A stretch of 36,532 bases of DNA from Eubacteriales bacterium (GTDB lineage Bacteria; Bacillota; Clostridia; Oscillospirales; UMGS1783). This document shows, piece after piece, positions 18,220 to 26,581 of this stretch. Both the position numbers and the translations under genes were made by a program. A model generated the notes under the pieces. That model saw nothing but the letters and a program-made list of their open reading frames with translations. It was not told the origin of the DNA and searched no databases. Each line of letters opens with the position of its first letter. Position 1 is the first letter of the stretch. The stretch lies in assembly GCA_045599805.1 (NCBI GenBank), contig JAZRWQ010000059.1:1-36532 (forward strand), written 5' to 3'.

Positions 18220-18988
18220 ATCCTATAAGGCTTGCCGGATCGAGATGTTCTCCGTCCTTTGTTATTTCAAAATGGATGTGTGATGCATCCTCACCCTCAA
18301 TAGGGAGTGCATCTCCGACGGTACCTATTACCTCGCCCTGCTTTACCTCATCGCCCATTCGGAAAAAGACTATGTCGTTAAGACCGCAGTATTTTGATTC
18401 ATAGCCGTCGGCATGAGTAATAGTCATAACGTTGCCGTAAAGGTCATCATAGTGGAAATCACTTACCGTGCCGTTTGCGGCGGCGCTTACGGGCGCGCCT
18501 ATCTCGGCGGCGTAATCAGCTCCCTTGTGACTGCGCCAGTCGCCGAGGGTATTGGAGAAGACAAGCGCATCATCGGAAAAACTGGTAAGCACCTCTCCCG
18601 ATAAAGGCGCCATGAAAGTAACTTCTTCCTGTATAGCCTCGGCATCCACCTGCGCGGCGCTGTCGCTTATCGGCAGGGGAGAAGAATCATAATAGCTCTG
18701 CGGCAGACTTTTTGATGCTTTCATCATTTCGTCCACTGCTTCCGAGTCAAAAGGTTTTATTTCACGGGTTGTCTGCGGTATCGTTTTTGTGATTTTTGAC
18801 TCCACGGCACGGTTTGCGTTCGGCGCCGGGCTTATGCTTTCGGAAGCTGTTGCATCGTTATAGGCATTTATGCACAGATAAATTGCCACCGTTATAATAA
18901 GAAGGCAGATAATACCCGCGGTAACGATACCGCGTGTGCTTATTCTGTTTTCGGGGCGTTCTTCATCGTGCGGAACATGATTATTCAT
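18218..18988 (-). CDS. Membrane-anchored M23/LytM-family metallopeptidase
   Basis: HKGADY...ITHADGYESKYCGL...HIHFEI motifs and an N-terminal TM helix. I chose ATG 18988, with GAGGTG upstream, over GTG 19000. Confidence 0.85.
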   Translation of the reverse strand: MNNHVPHDEERPENRISTRGIVTAGIICLLIITVAIYLCINAYNDATASESISPAPNANRAVESKITKTIPQTTREIKPFDSEAVDEMMKASKSLPQSYYDSSPLPISDSAAQVDAEAIQEEVTFMAPLSGEVLTSFSDDALVFSNTLGDWRSHKGADYAAEIGAPVSAAANGTVSDFHYDDLYGNVMTITHADGYESKYCGLNDIVFFRMGDEVKQGEVIGTVGDALPIEGEDASHIHFEITKDGEHLDPASLIG

Positions 18989-19026
18989 TTTTTTATTCAC
19001 CTCGCAAACAGTATTGCCGAAAAATA

Positions 19027-19055
19027 TTGAAATTATGCGCCGTGTCTGTTATACT
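19027..19055 (+). promoter_or_regulatory. Probable promoter for the ThyX-like/cysK pair
   Basis: TTGAAA (19027-19032), 17 nt spacer, TATACT (19050-19055). Confidence 0.5.
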
Positions 19056-19085
19056 GTTTTAAAGACGAATAAAGGTTGTGATATA

Positions 19086-19709
19086 ATGCTTAAAACTGAG
19101 CGAGTATCCGTAATGAATTTTGAAAACGCCATGCGCGGCGCGCGCAATCCCATGAACAGCTGGGATAGGTACGACAGTTTTTATGACGAAAACGGCAATT
19201 TCGTTTTCGGTGAAAACGATTTGTCCCTTGCCGTAAGGCTTTGCAAGGCAGGCTCCGACCACAGAAAGTTTTTAAGACAGATTTTCGTGAGTGTTGACGT
19301 TACCGCGCCCCTTTACTGGTGGAAGGAATACGATACCTATAAGGTGGGCACCGTTGCAAATTCCACAAGCACCATGCATAAAATCCATTCCAAGCCTTTT
19401 TCCAGAGAGGATTTTTCCTGCGACCGGATGACCGCGGAAACCCTTAAGGAATTTGACGGCGTTATAGAATATCTCGAAAAATTGAGATTAAAATACGTTG
19501 CGGATAAGAAAAAAGAGGATTGGTACGACATTATTCAGTTTTTGCCCTCCAGTTACAATCAGATGCGTACACTTACCTTCAATTATGAAAATTTGAGAAA
19601 CATGTTCAAGTCAAGAAAGGATCATAAACTTTACGAGTGGCACGTTTTCTGTGATTTTATACGCAGTCTGCCCTATGCAAAGGAGCTTATTACGGGAGAA
19701 GAAGAATGA
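19086..19709 (+). CDS. ThyX-fold-like protein lacking the canonical ThyX RHR...S...SxRY motif (function unknown)
   Basis: The layout recalls flavin-dependent thymidylate synthase (ARNPMNSW..., HRKFLRQIFVSVDVTAP..., LPSSYNQMRTLTFNYENLRNMF). The signature position, however, reads WWKEYDTYKVGTVANSTSTMH. Start taken at MLKTERV. ATGA overlap with cysK. Confidence 0.45.
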   Translation: MLKTERVSVMNFENAMRGARNPMNSWDRYDSFYDENGNFVFGENDLSLAVRLCKAGSDHRKFLRQIFVSVDVTAPLYWWKEYDTYKVGTVANSTSTMHKIHSKPFSREDFSCDRMTAETLKEFDGVIEYLEKLRLKYVADKKKEDWYDIIQFLPSSYNQMRTLTFNYENLRNMFKSRKDHKLYEWHVFCDFIRSLPYAKELITGEEE

Positions 19710-20632
19710 TTTACAAGGATTTAACCGAGCTTATCGGCAAAACGCCGATGGTAGAACTCGGCTATTATGAAAAGGAATTTGATCTTAAGGCGCGGCTTGC
19801 TGCAAAGGTGGAGTATTTTAATCCCGCATGCAGCGTTAAGGACAGAGTAGCTCTCAATATGATAAACGAAGCCGAAAAGGCAGGCAAGCTTCTGCCGGGC
19901 GGCACGATAATCGAGCCTACGAGCGGAAGCACGGGAATAGGCCTTGCGGCAATCGGCGCCAAGCGGGGCTATAAGGTAATAATCACCATGCCCGAAAACA
20001 TGAGCGAGGAACGCAAGAAGCTTATGCGCGCCTACGGCGCCGAGCTGATACTTACCGACGGCAGCCTGGGTATGGCGGGCTCGGTAAAAAAGGCGGAGGA
20101 GCTTAACCGCGAAATAGAGGGAAGCATAATCGCAGGTCAGTTCTATAACCCCGCAAATCCCGACGCGCATTATCTTACAACAGGCCCCGAAATCTGGGAG
20201 GATACAAACGGTAAAATAGATTTCTTTGTAGCCGGTGTCGGCACGGGCGGCACTCTTACCGGCACGGGAAAATATCTCAAGGAGAAAAACCCGTCCGTTA
20301 AGGTCATTGCCGTTGAACCCGCTTCGTCTCCTCTTTTAAGCAAGGGGATTTCCAGCGCTCACGCCATTCAGGGGATCGGGGCAAACTTTGTGCCCGAAAA
20401 CCTCGATAAGGATATTTACGATGAAATTATCGCGGTTTCCGATACCGATGCAAAGCATTTCACAGCCCTTACCGCAAAAAAGGAAGGACTTATGGTTGGT
20501 ATTTCCTCCGGTGCGGCTATCTGCGCAGGCATCGAGATAGCAAAAAGAGAAGAAAACGCAGGCAAAACCGTCGTTGTTCTTCTGCCCGATACGGGAGAAA
20601 GATATATTTCCTCCGATACCTTTGATTTCTGA
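19706..20632 (+). CDS. cysK: Cysteine synthase A (O-acetylserine sulfhydrylase)
   Basis: NPACSVKDRVALNMI PLP-lysine motif, TSGSTGIGLA, and the GVGTGGTLTG loop. Confidence 0.93.
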   Translation: MIYKDLTELIGKTPMVELGYYEKEFDLKARLAAKVEYFNPACSVKDRVALNMINEAEKAGKLLPGGTIIEPTSGSTGIGLAAIGAKRGYKVIITMPENMSEERKKLMRAYGAELILTDGSLGMAGSVKKAEELNREIEGSIIAGQFYNPANPDAHYLTTGPEIWEDTNGKIDFFVAGVGTGGTLTGTGKYLKEKNPSVKVIAVEPASSPLLSKGISSAHAIQGIGANFVPENLDKDIYDEIIAVSDTDAKHFTALTAKKEGLMVGISSGAAICAGIEIAKREENAGKTVVVLLPDTGERYISSDTFDF

Positions 20633-20639
20633 TATGACT

Positions 20640-20681
20640 AAAGCCAAAGAGCGATGATTCCTCTTTGGCTTTTTTATTTTT
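20640..20681 (+). terminator. Intrinsic terminator after cysK
   Basis: Stem AAGCCAAAGAG/CTCTTTGGCTT (20641-20651 with 20661-20671) followed by TTTTTATTTTT. Confidence 0.8.
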
Positions 20682-20714
20682 CCGAATATTACATGCTGTA
20701 TTCCGAAAAACACA

Positions 20715-20743
20715 TTGATATATCCCTGCTTATGTTGTATAAA
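20715..20743 (+). promoter_or_regulatory. Probable promoter for the oxidoreductase-AraC pair
   Basis: TTGATA (20715-20720), 17 nt spacer, TATAAA (20738-20743). Confidence 0.4.
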
Positions 20744-20775
20744 AAAAGTAAATAAACAAGGAGGATATATTATAT

Positions 20776-21909
20776 ATGAAAAAAATAAAGGTGGCACTTA
20801 TAGGCCTTGGCTTCGGCGGTGCTTTTGCAGAGATTTACAAGGAGCATCCGGATGTTTCCGAGATAGTGATTTTTGATCCCAACAAAAAGCTTGAGAGGGA
20901 ATTCAGTGATGCTTTGGGCCTGAAAGCGCCTTATAATACTTTTGATGAGATTCTGAGCGATGATACCGTTGATGCGGTACATCTTGTTTCGCCCATTCCC
21001 TGCCACGAGGAGCAGACGGTTAAGGTGCTCAATGCCGGTAAGCACTGCGCCTGCACCGTACCTATGGCAACCTCTCTTGAGGGGCTTCGCAAAATCGTTG
21101 AGGCAAAAAGAAAGAGCGGTAAAAACTTCATGATGATGGAAACATCCCTTTATACTTACCAGTTTTTCTATGTTAAAAAAATGCTTGAAGCGGGTGAACT
21201 CGGGCGTATTCAGTTTTTGCGCGGCTCACATTATCAGGATATGGAAAAATGGCCCGAATATTGGAAGGGACTTCCTCCCATGTTTTACGGCACCCATGCC
21301 ATTGCGCCCATGACGGTGCTGGCAGGCGCGCGTGCCTCCAAGGTAAATTGCTTCGGAAGCGGCACAATGAGAGAGGAGCTTGTAAGACAATACGGCAATC
21401 CATATCCTATCGAAACCGCGGTATTCCAGTTTGATAACGGGTTAAAGGGCGAGGTTACCCGATCCCTTTTTGAAACTGCGAGGGTTTACAAAGAGGGTAT
21501 GGCTGTACTCGGCAGCAAAAAGAGCTTTGAATGGGGCTTTGAGGATAACAGCGATCCTTATATAACCTCTCTCGAGGAAAATAGTGACCCCGATGTAAGA
21601 GGTCTTCCCACTCCTTACGAGGTCATAAAAACTCCTAATTATTATGACGATCTGCCGCAGTCTCTTCGCAGATTTACCGTAGGTGATAATTATGATGCAA
21701 CCAATCCGCAGGAGAGCTTGAAGGTAGGCGCCGGCGCAGGTCATCACGGCTCGCATCCACATCTCGTAAATGAATTTGTACGCAGCATAGTAGAAGAAAG
21801 AAAGCCCTGGATAGATGAAATTCTCGGCGCACAGATAACCGCCTGCGGCATCTGCGCTCACGAATCTGCCATGCGTGACGGAGAAACCGTTTATATTCCG
21901 CGATTCTGA
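20776..21909 (+). CDS. Gfo/Idh/MocA-family NAD(P)-dependent oxidoreductase
   Basis: N-terminal Rossmann KVALIGLGFGGAF and typical family length. AAGGAGG Shine-Dalgarno upstream. Confidence 0.85.
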   Translation: MKKIKVALIGLGFGGAFAEIYKEHPDVSEIVIFDPNKKLEREFSDALGLKAPYNTFDEILSDDTVDAVHLVSPIPCHEEQTVKVLNAGKHCACTVPMATSLEGLRKIVEAKRKSGKNFMMMETSLYTYQFFYVKKMLEAGELGRIQFLRGSHYQDMEKWPEYWKGLPPMFYGTHAIAPMTVLAGARASKVNCFGSGTMREELVRQYGNPYPIETAVFQFDNGLKGEVTRSLFETARVYKEGMAVLGSKKSFEWGFEDNSDPYITSLEENSDPDVRGLPTPYEVIKTPNYYDDLPQSLRRFTVGDNYDATNPQESLKVGAGAGHHGSHPHLVNEFVRSIVEERKPWIDEILGAQITACGICAHESAMRDGETVYIPRF

Positions 21910-21933
21910 AAAAAAGACAGGCATGGAGGTATC

Positions 21934-22728
21934 ATGGAATTCAGTTATAATCTCACGGCAGAACGTGCCGTTACCGCGGCGGGCTACTGCCACTATAAGA
22001 GTCCGTCCAGACATCCCGACAGAATAATGGACTGCCATGATTTGATTTTTATGGTTGACGGCGAATGGGATATAGGGCAGGACGGGGAAAGCTTTTGTCT
22101 TCATACCGGCGACGTTATGATACTTTCCGCAGGGCATCATCACTATCCGACAGGACTTTGCGCAAAGGATACGAAAACGATATTTTTTCACTGCACTGCC
22201 GATGAAAGCGATTTTTTGCCGGGCGCAGCGTCGCTTCCCGTGATTATTTCCGCCTATCACACCCACCGTATCCGAAGGCTGTTTGATGATATTGTGTATT
22301 TCTATGCCACTCAAAGCAGTAACAGAGAGGATATTCTGTCTTCTCTTGTCAAGCTTGTTTTCTGCGAGTTATACAGTCTGACGCAAAGTGAAGCGGTTTC
22401 CGATCCGCTTGTGAATAAAACTATACGCATGTTTCAGGAAAACCCGTCGCGTTTTATAAGCGGAGATGAGCTTGCGAAGGAGTTTTCCGTTTCCGAGCGA
22501 ACTATCCGAAACAGTTTTGTTTCGGCTATGGGGAAAACCCCAATGCAGTTTCAGACCGAGCAAAAACTGCTTGCCATTCGCTCACGTCTTGTAAATGAAA
22601 AGGATATCACCTTAAGAGAGCTGGCGGAGGATTACGGCTTTTGCGATGAATTCTATTTAAGCAAGCTTTTCAAAAAACAGTTCGGGATATCTCCAGTCTC
22701 TTTCAGGAAAAACAATAAGAACAATTAA
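21934..22728 (+). CDS. AraC-family transcriptional regulator (cupin-like N-domain plus double HTH)
   Basis: C-terminal ELAKEFSVSERTIRNSF...LAEDYGFCDEFYLSKLFKKQFGISPVSFR matches the AraC HTH pair. Confidence 0.85.
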   Translation: MEFSYNLTAERAVTAAGYCHYKSPSRHPDRIMDCHDLIFMVDGEWDIGQDGESFCLHTGDVMILSAGHHHYPTGLCAKDTKTIFFHCTADESDFLPGAASLPVIISAYHTHRIRRLFDDIVYFYATQSSNREDILSSLVKLVFCELYSLTQSEAVSDPLVNKTIRMFQENPSRFISGDELAKEFSVSERTIRNSFVSAMGKTPMQFQTEQKLLAIRSRLVNEKDITLRELAEDYGFCDEFYLSKLFKKQFGISPVSFRKNNKNN

Positions 22729-22746
22729 AAAAAGAAGCGCCCTTTA
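22729..22746. repeat. Left arm of a split palindrome (ancestral bidirectional terminator)
   Basis: AAAAAGAAGCGCCCTTTA starts right after the AraC stop codon. It is the exact reverse complement of 27050-27067. Confidence 0.75.
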
Positions 22747-22814
22747 GCGCAGTGTTCATAAAACAGTAATACTGAAAATGAGCACTGTTGCTATCGGGTT
22801 GGCTAAGAAAAAGT

Positions 22815-22864
22815 AAAGCGTGATATTTCATACCATTAGGTGTGGAGTATTACGCTTTTTTCAT
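22815..22864. terminator. Hairpin with flanking A/T tracts near the left end of the island
   Basis: 11-bp stem AAAGCGTGATA/TATTACGCTTT with one G-U pair and a 22-nt loop, followed by a T run. Could terminate read-through from AraC and also the - strand ORF. Confidence 0.4.
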
Positions 22865-22865
22865 T

Positions 22866-23144
22866 TTATCTGCGTTTTCCTTTGCGGCCGCGTTGATTAG
22901 TGCCGGACTTTAATTTCTTTGAACGGTTCAGAGCCTTCATAAGAACAGTGAATTCTTCTGGCGACAGGCTCTTGTAGTCCAATCCAAGTTGATGACATAA
23001 GAGAAAAAGCTGTGTCTCTTTTGCGCTTCCTTTGAAATTGGTAGCTTCTTCAATCCCTTCTCGGATCGTATCTGCAACAGTTGTTTCCGGAGCGGTATCA
23101 AAATCCTTTGCGTGAGACAAGCGGATAACATGTTTTGCCGACAC
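22866..23144 (-). CDS. Hypothetical island protein (GTG start; possibly a gene fragment)
   Basis: The ORF has a basic C-terminal tail and no motif I recognise. The only start is GTG and I see no clear Shine-Dalgarno. Confidence 0.3.
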   Translation of the reverse strand: MSAKHVIRLSHAKDFDTAPETTVADTIREGIEEATNFKGSAKETQLFLLCHQLGLDYKSLSPEEFTVLMKALNRSKKLKSGTNQRGRKGKRR

Positions 23145-23189
23145 GCATAATGTGTTCGCCGGATGATGCGCTCGGAAAGGATGAATTTT

Positions 23190-23399
23190 ATGGATATCAG
23201 AAATGAGATCAAAGCTTATATCGTCCGTGAGGGCGTGACCATGAGCGAGGTTGTTGACCGCCTTGCTTATGAATATGACTGAAGCAGCAGTGTTCTAAAC
23301 CTGTCAGGCAAGCTTCGTCGTGGTTCTTTGCGCTATCAGGAGGCCATCGAGCTTGCAGATGTGCTGGGCTATGACATTGTCTGGCAGAAACGCAAATGA
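23190..23399 (+). pseudogene. XRE/HTH-like small regulator interrupted by an in-frame TGA
   Basis: ATG 23190 has AAAGGA upstream. The 69-codon frame is continuous apart from TGA at 23280-23282 (MDIRNEIKAYIVREGVTMSEVVDRLAYEYD*SSSVLNLSGKLRRGSLRYQEAIELADVLGYDIVWQKRK). From memory, relatives have Trp at this position. Confidence 0.55.
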
Positions 23400-23455
23400 G
23401 GTTATCGCTATGAAATCAGTTTTGAGAAAACGAGGTAAAAATGCCTATGGTTTGA

Positions 23456-24073
<618 letters not shown>

Positions 24074-24094
24074 GAGAGGCCTTTTTACAAGAAT

Positions 24095-24107
24095 GTGTAC
24101 TTTTCTG
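24095..24107. repeat. Left inverted repeat of the candidate invertible segment
   Basis: GTGTACTTTTCTG matches the reverse complement of 24225-24237 (GTGTACTTTACTG) at 12 of 13 positions, with a perfect 9-bp core. Confidence 0.4.
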
Positions 24108-24136
24108 CAAAAGTGCATAATACACCTATTTAACTT

Positions 24137-24165
24137 ATAATAGCATAATTCGACCTTCTCGTCAA
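24137..24165 (-). promoter_or_regulatory. Near-consensus promoter on the minus strand inside the candidate inverton
   Basis: Read on the - strand: TTGACG (24165-24160), 17 nt spacer, TATTAT (24142-24137) with a TGn extended -10. It currently points at the 3' end of the recombinase gene, away from the 24287 operon. Confidence 0.5.
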
Positions 24166-24224
24166 TATCTCCGAAGTAATATTTTTCGCTCTACAGCGAA
24201 GTTTCTGTGAGCAGTGCGGAATAA

Positions 24225-24237
24225 CAGTAAAGTACAC
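24225..24237. repeat. Right inverted repeat of the candidate invertible segment
   Basis: CAGTAAAGTACAC pairs with 24095-24107. It overlaps an AACAGTAA motif that also occurs at both island ends. Confidence 0.4.
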
Positions 24238-24286
24238 TTTTTAAAAATGATAGAACAATTCTATCAAAGAAGGGAGCGCATGTTCT

Positions 24287-24937
24287 ATGGATAACATTCA
24301 AGAACTGAAGAAACTTAAGGATTTACTTGATGAGGGTATTCTGACTCAGGAAGAATTTGATCAACAAAAGCGTAAATTATTAAGTGATGATGTGTCAGAT
24401 TCTGTTGATCAAAACAATGAACAGATTTCTGAAGTTGAAAAGCCTGTTAAGAAACCAATTAATAAGGCTATGTTAAAAAGAATCGGTATCATCGTTGGAG
24501 TGTTAGTTATACTTATTTGCGCAGTATTTGCTGGTAAAAATATTGTAAAACATAATCAGCAAAACAAGAGAGCCGACGCGCTTGAAATTGGAATTCAATC
24601 TATTATGAGTGACTATGGTATTTCACACTACGACGTAAGATATGTGGATTATCATTACGACGTGTACGCAGAGGGATTTGAATCTCTGACAAACGGTGAA
24701 GCATTAGAATGCTTAAAGGCTTTAGATGGGGTTTCTGTTGAAGATCCTTGCGGAGACGGCAAACTTGAATTTTATATGACTAATGTTCATCCGGGAATGG
24801 ATGTTGAATACTCTTATTGGAGAGTGTCCTCTGCGGCGGCTATGACGAATGAAATGTATGGTGGAATTGACAAAACGCCTGGCATCTACTGTAATAGAAG
24901 CGGATCGAGAAAATGTGTTTATGAATGTAAGAATTAA
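24287..24937 (+). CDS. SHOCT-domain protein: N-terminal SHOCT, single TM helix, Cys-containing C-terminal ectodomain
   Basis: LKKLKDLLDEGILTQEEFDQQKRKLL is a SHOCT-type motif and IGIIVGVLVILICAVFAG is the TM helix. GGGAG Shine-Dalgarno 10 nt upstream. Confidence 0.7.
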   Translation: MDNIQELKKLKDLLDEGILTQEEFDQQKRKLLSDDVSDSVDQNNEQISEVEKPVKKPINKAMLKRIGIIVGVLVILICAVFAGKNIVKHNQQNKRADALEIGIQSIMSDYGISHYDVRYVDYHYDVYAEGFESLTNGEALECLKALDGVSVEDPCGDGKLEFYMTNVHPGMDVEYSYWRVSSAAAMTNEMYGGIDKTPGIYCNRSGSRKCVYECKN

Positions 24938-24955
24938 GAGAGGATAGCATAAATA

Positions 24956-25573
24956 ATGAAGAGAAAGCTTACACTTGCATGTATAGTAATGCTCATAGTA
25001 GAAACAGTCTGCTTATTTATTCCATACTGCTTTGTTGAAGAATATTGGAAATATGAGGATTCTATCGTATATCATGGCCAATCCAGACTAATGAGGGAAA
25101 CTCCCGTTAGTATTTTCGGAATTTCTACTGCAACAGGAAAAGTATTAGCGATAATTCTCTTGATTTCATTATTAACCGCTGCTTTAGGATTTATAATGAC
25201 TTATGTCAAGAAACAAGAAAAGATTGGTAAATTCATCAATTTCGTGCCCTTGATTAATCTTGTTTTATTAGCTGTTTTTGCATTTTATGCATATGCCTTT
25301 GCGGAGAATGATACAGTATACGCACGATTTGAATGGAATATTAATTGGTTGTTCTATATCATCATTACACTTCAGATCGTTACTTGTATCTTTGGCCTGT
25401 TACTTCAATTTGAAAAGGAAGAGAAAGTCAAGACAATTCCGAGCAAGGTTGAAAACATAAATTCTATTGAGAGTGCTGCAGAAAAAGTAAGGCAGTATGA
25501 AGAGTTACTTGATTCTGGAGTTATTTCGCAGGAAGAGTTTGAAACCAAGAAAAAACAGATCCTCGGTCTGTAA
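24956..25573 (+). CDS. Four-TM membrane protein with C-terminal SHOCT domain
   Basis: Four hydrophobic helices, then VRQYEELLDSGVISQEEFETKKKQILGL (SHOCT-type) at the extreme C-terminus. Confidence 0.7.
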   Translation: MKRKLTLACIVMLIVETVCLFIPYCFVEEYWKYEDSIVYHGQSRLMRETPVSIFGISTATGKVLAIILLISLLTAALGFIMTYVKKQEKIGKFINFVPLINLVLLAVFAFYAYAFAENDTVYARFEWNINWLFYIIITLQIVTCIFGLLLQFEKEEKVKTIPSKVENINSIESAAEKVRQYEELLDSGVISQEEFETKKKQILGL

Positions 25574-25635
25574 ATGAAAGTAATTATGGGAGGTCGCAAG
25601 TAATTGCCCTCCCATTTTCTATATTGGAGGTATTT

Positions 25636-26247
25636 ATGGCTGGGATGACAGGCTTCATACATAGTTGCGTTGATGCCAAGCTTGAGAAGGCACCACATCA
25701 TTTAACATTGAAGGAATCCGGTTTTACAGATGATCAAATAAAAGTCCTATGGGATTTTTATGTATCACGGTCATTTGCTGCTGCCACCGGAAATCCAATA
25801 TCATTAGAGACTTGTGGCTGGCATGATACTCAGAGTAAAACTGATGGTTTTCCGGCATTAGAAAGTGTACTTTGCTCTACAGCCGGATTATCATCGTTCT
25901 GCATTATCAGAAATAAAACCATTAAAGATACCTTGAGTCAGATGGATTTGAGCAACGAGCGGATATGTGTATCTCATCCAAGAGCTGTGTTAACACAAAA
26001 CTTCACATATGAGTCGGATGAAAATGAAACTGTGAAAATTAAGTCTGGCGAAAGTCGTATAAATGCAATATTCCGTCATATTCGAAACTCTTTTGCACAC
26101 GGGAATACATATTTTTTCCCTACAGGGAATTGTTTGCTGATTGATAAAGATGGATCAAAAACGACCGCAGCAATTCTTGTCCCTAAGCAAGCGTTATGGG
26201 ACTGGATATCTATTGTTGATAAAAATAAAGCATATTACGATTTATGA
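25636..26247 (+). CDS. Hypothetical protein with an Rx4H HEPN-like motif (candidate RNase/abortive-infection effector)
   Basis: INAIFRHIRNSFAHGN contains R-N-S-F-A-H (Rx4H), in an IRNxxAHG context typical of several HEPN families. I chose ATG 25636, with GGAGG upstream, over TTG 25624. Confidence 0.55.
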   Translation: MAGMTGFIHSCVDAKLEKAPHHLTLKESGFTDDQIKVLWDFYVSRSFAAATGNPISLETCGWHDTQSKTDGFPALESVLCSTAGLSSFCIIRNKTIKDTLSQMDLSNERICVSHPRAVLTQNFTYESDENETVKIKSGESRINAIFRHIRNSFAHGNTYFFPTGNCLLIDKDGSKTTAAILVPKQALWDWISIVDKNKAYYDL

Positions 26248-26254
26248 ATTCTGC

Positions 26255-26290
26255 GCGATCAACTGTGAAAGGTTGATCGCTTTTTTATTT
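26255..26290 (+). terminator. Strong intrinsic terminator closing the three-gene operon
   Basis: 9-bp stem GCGATCAAC/GTTGATCGC (26255-26263 with 26272-26280), 8-nt loop, then TTTTTTATTT. Confidence 0.8.
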
Positions 26291-26308
26291 GGAGGAGGTG
26301 ATGCTCAT

Positions 26309-26581
26309 ATGGGAGAAAGAAAAATGCCCGAGTCTTTGGAAGCCCTGATGGAAGAAAAACAGAACGCCGAAGCAGAGCTTAACTACTGGGCTCATAAAGA
26401 AAAAATCCTTCGTCATCAGATAAAGGATCTCGCAAGAAAGGAACGAACTCACAGACTTTGTGTACGCGCTGGGATGCTAGAAAGCTTCCTTAAGGAGCCA
26501 GAACTGTTATCGGATGATCAGGTAATGGAACTTTTGAAAATTGCATGCAGAGAGCGCAAAACAGATTGCAGCGAACCGTAA
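26309..26581 (+). CDS. DUF3847-like coiled-coil protein of conjugative elements, probably 3'-altered by a deletion junction
   Basis: KERTHRLCVRAGMLESFLKEPELLSDDQVMELLK matches my memory of DUF3847 proteins. GGAGGAGG Shine-Dalgarno precedes ATG 26309. The last ~12 codons overlap the recombinase-fragment frame. Confidence 0.5.
   Translation: MGERKMPESLEALMEEKQNAEAELNYWAHKEKILRHQIKDLARKERTHRLCVRAGMLESFLKEPELLSDDQVMELLKIACRERKTDCSEP

Noticed and set aside
20680-20707. Two TTCCGAA direct repeats 21 bp apart upstream of the oxidoreductase promoter, as possible AraC half-sites
   Set aside because: The repeats are only 7 bp long, and the first overlaps the cysK terminator T-tract. Too weak to call without comparative data.
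21442-22314. 290-aa minus-strand ORF spanning the oxidoreductase/AraC junction
   Set aside because: It runs antisense across two well-supported + strand genes and their intergenic Shine-Dalgarno. It has no motifs and an odd composition.
23280-23282. TGA read as a sense codon (alternative genetic code)
   Set aside because: Many well-supported genes in this window end at TGA (for example ecfA1, ecfA2 and rnhB), so the host uses TGA as a stop. A nonsense mutation is simpler.
26141-26308. N-terminal extension of the DUF3847-like ORF (146-aa version)
   Set aside because: It would overlap the end of the HEPN-like gene and read through the strong terminator at 26255-26290. The internal ATG 26309 has a GGAGGAGG Shine-Dalgarno.
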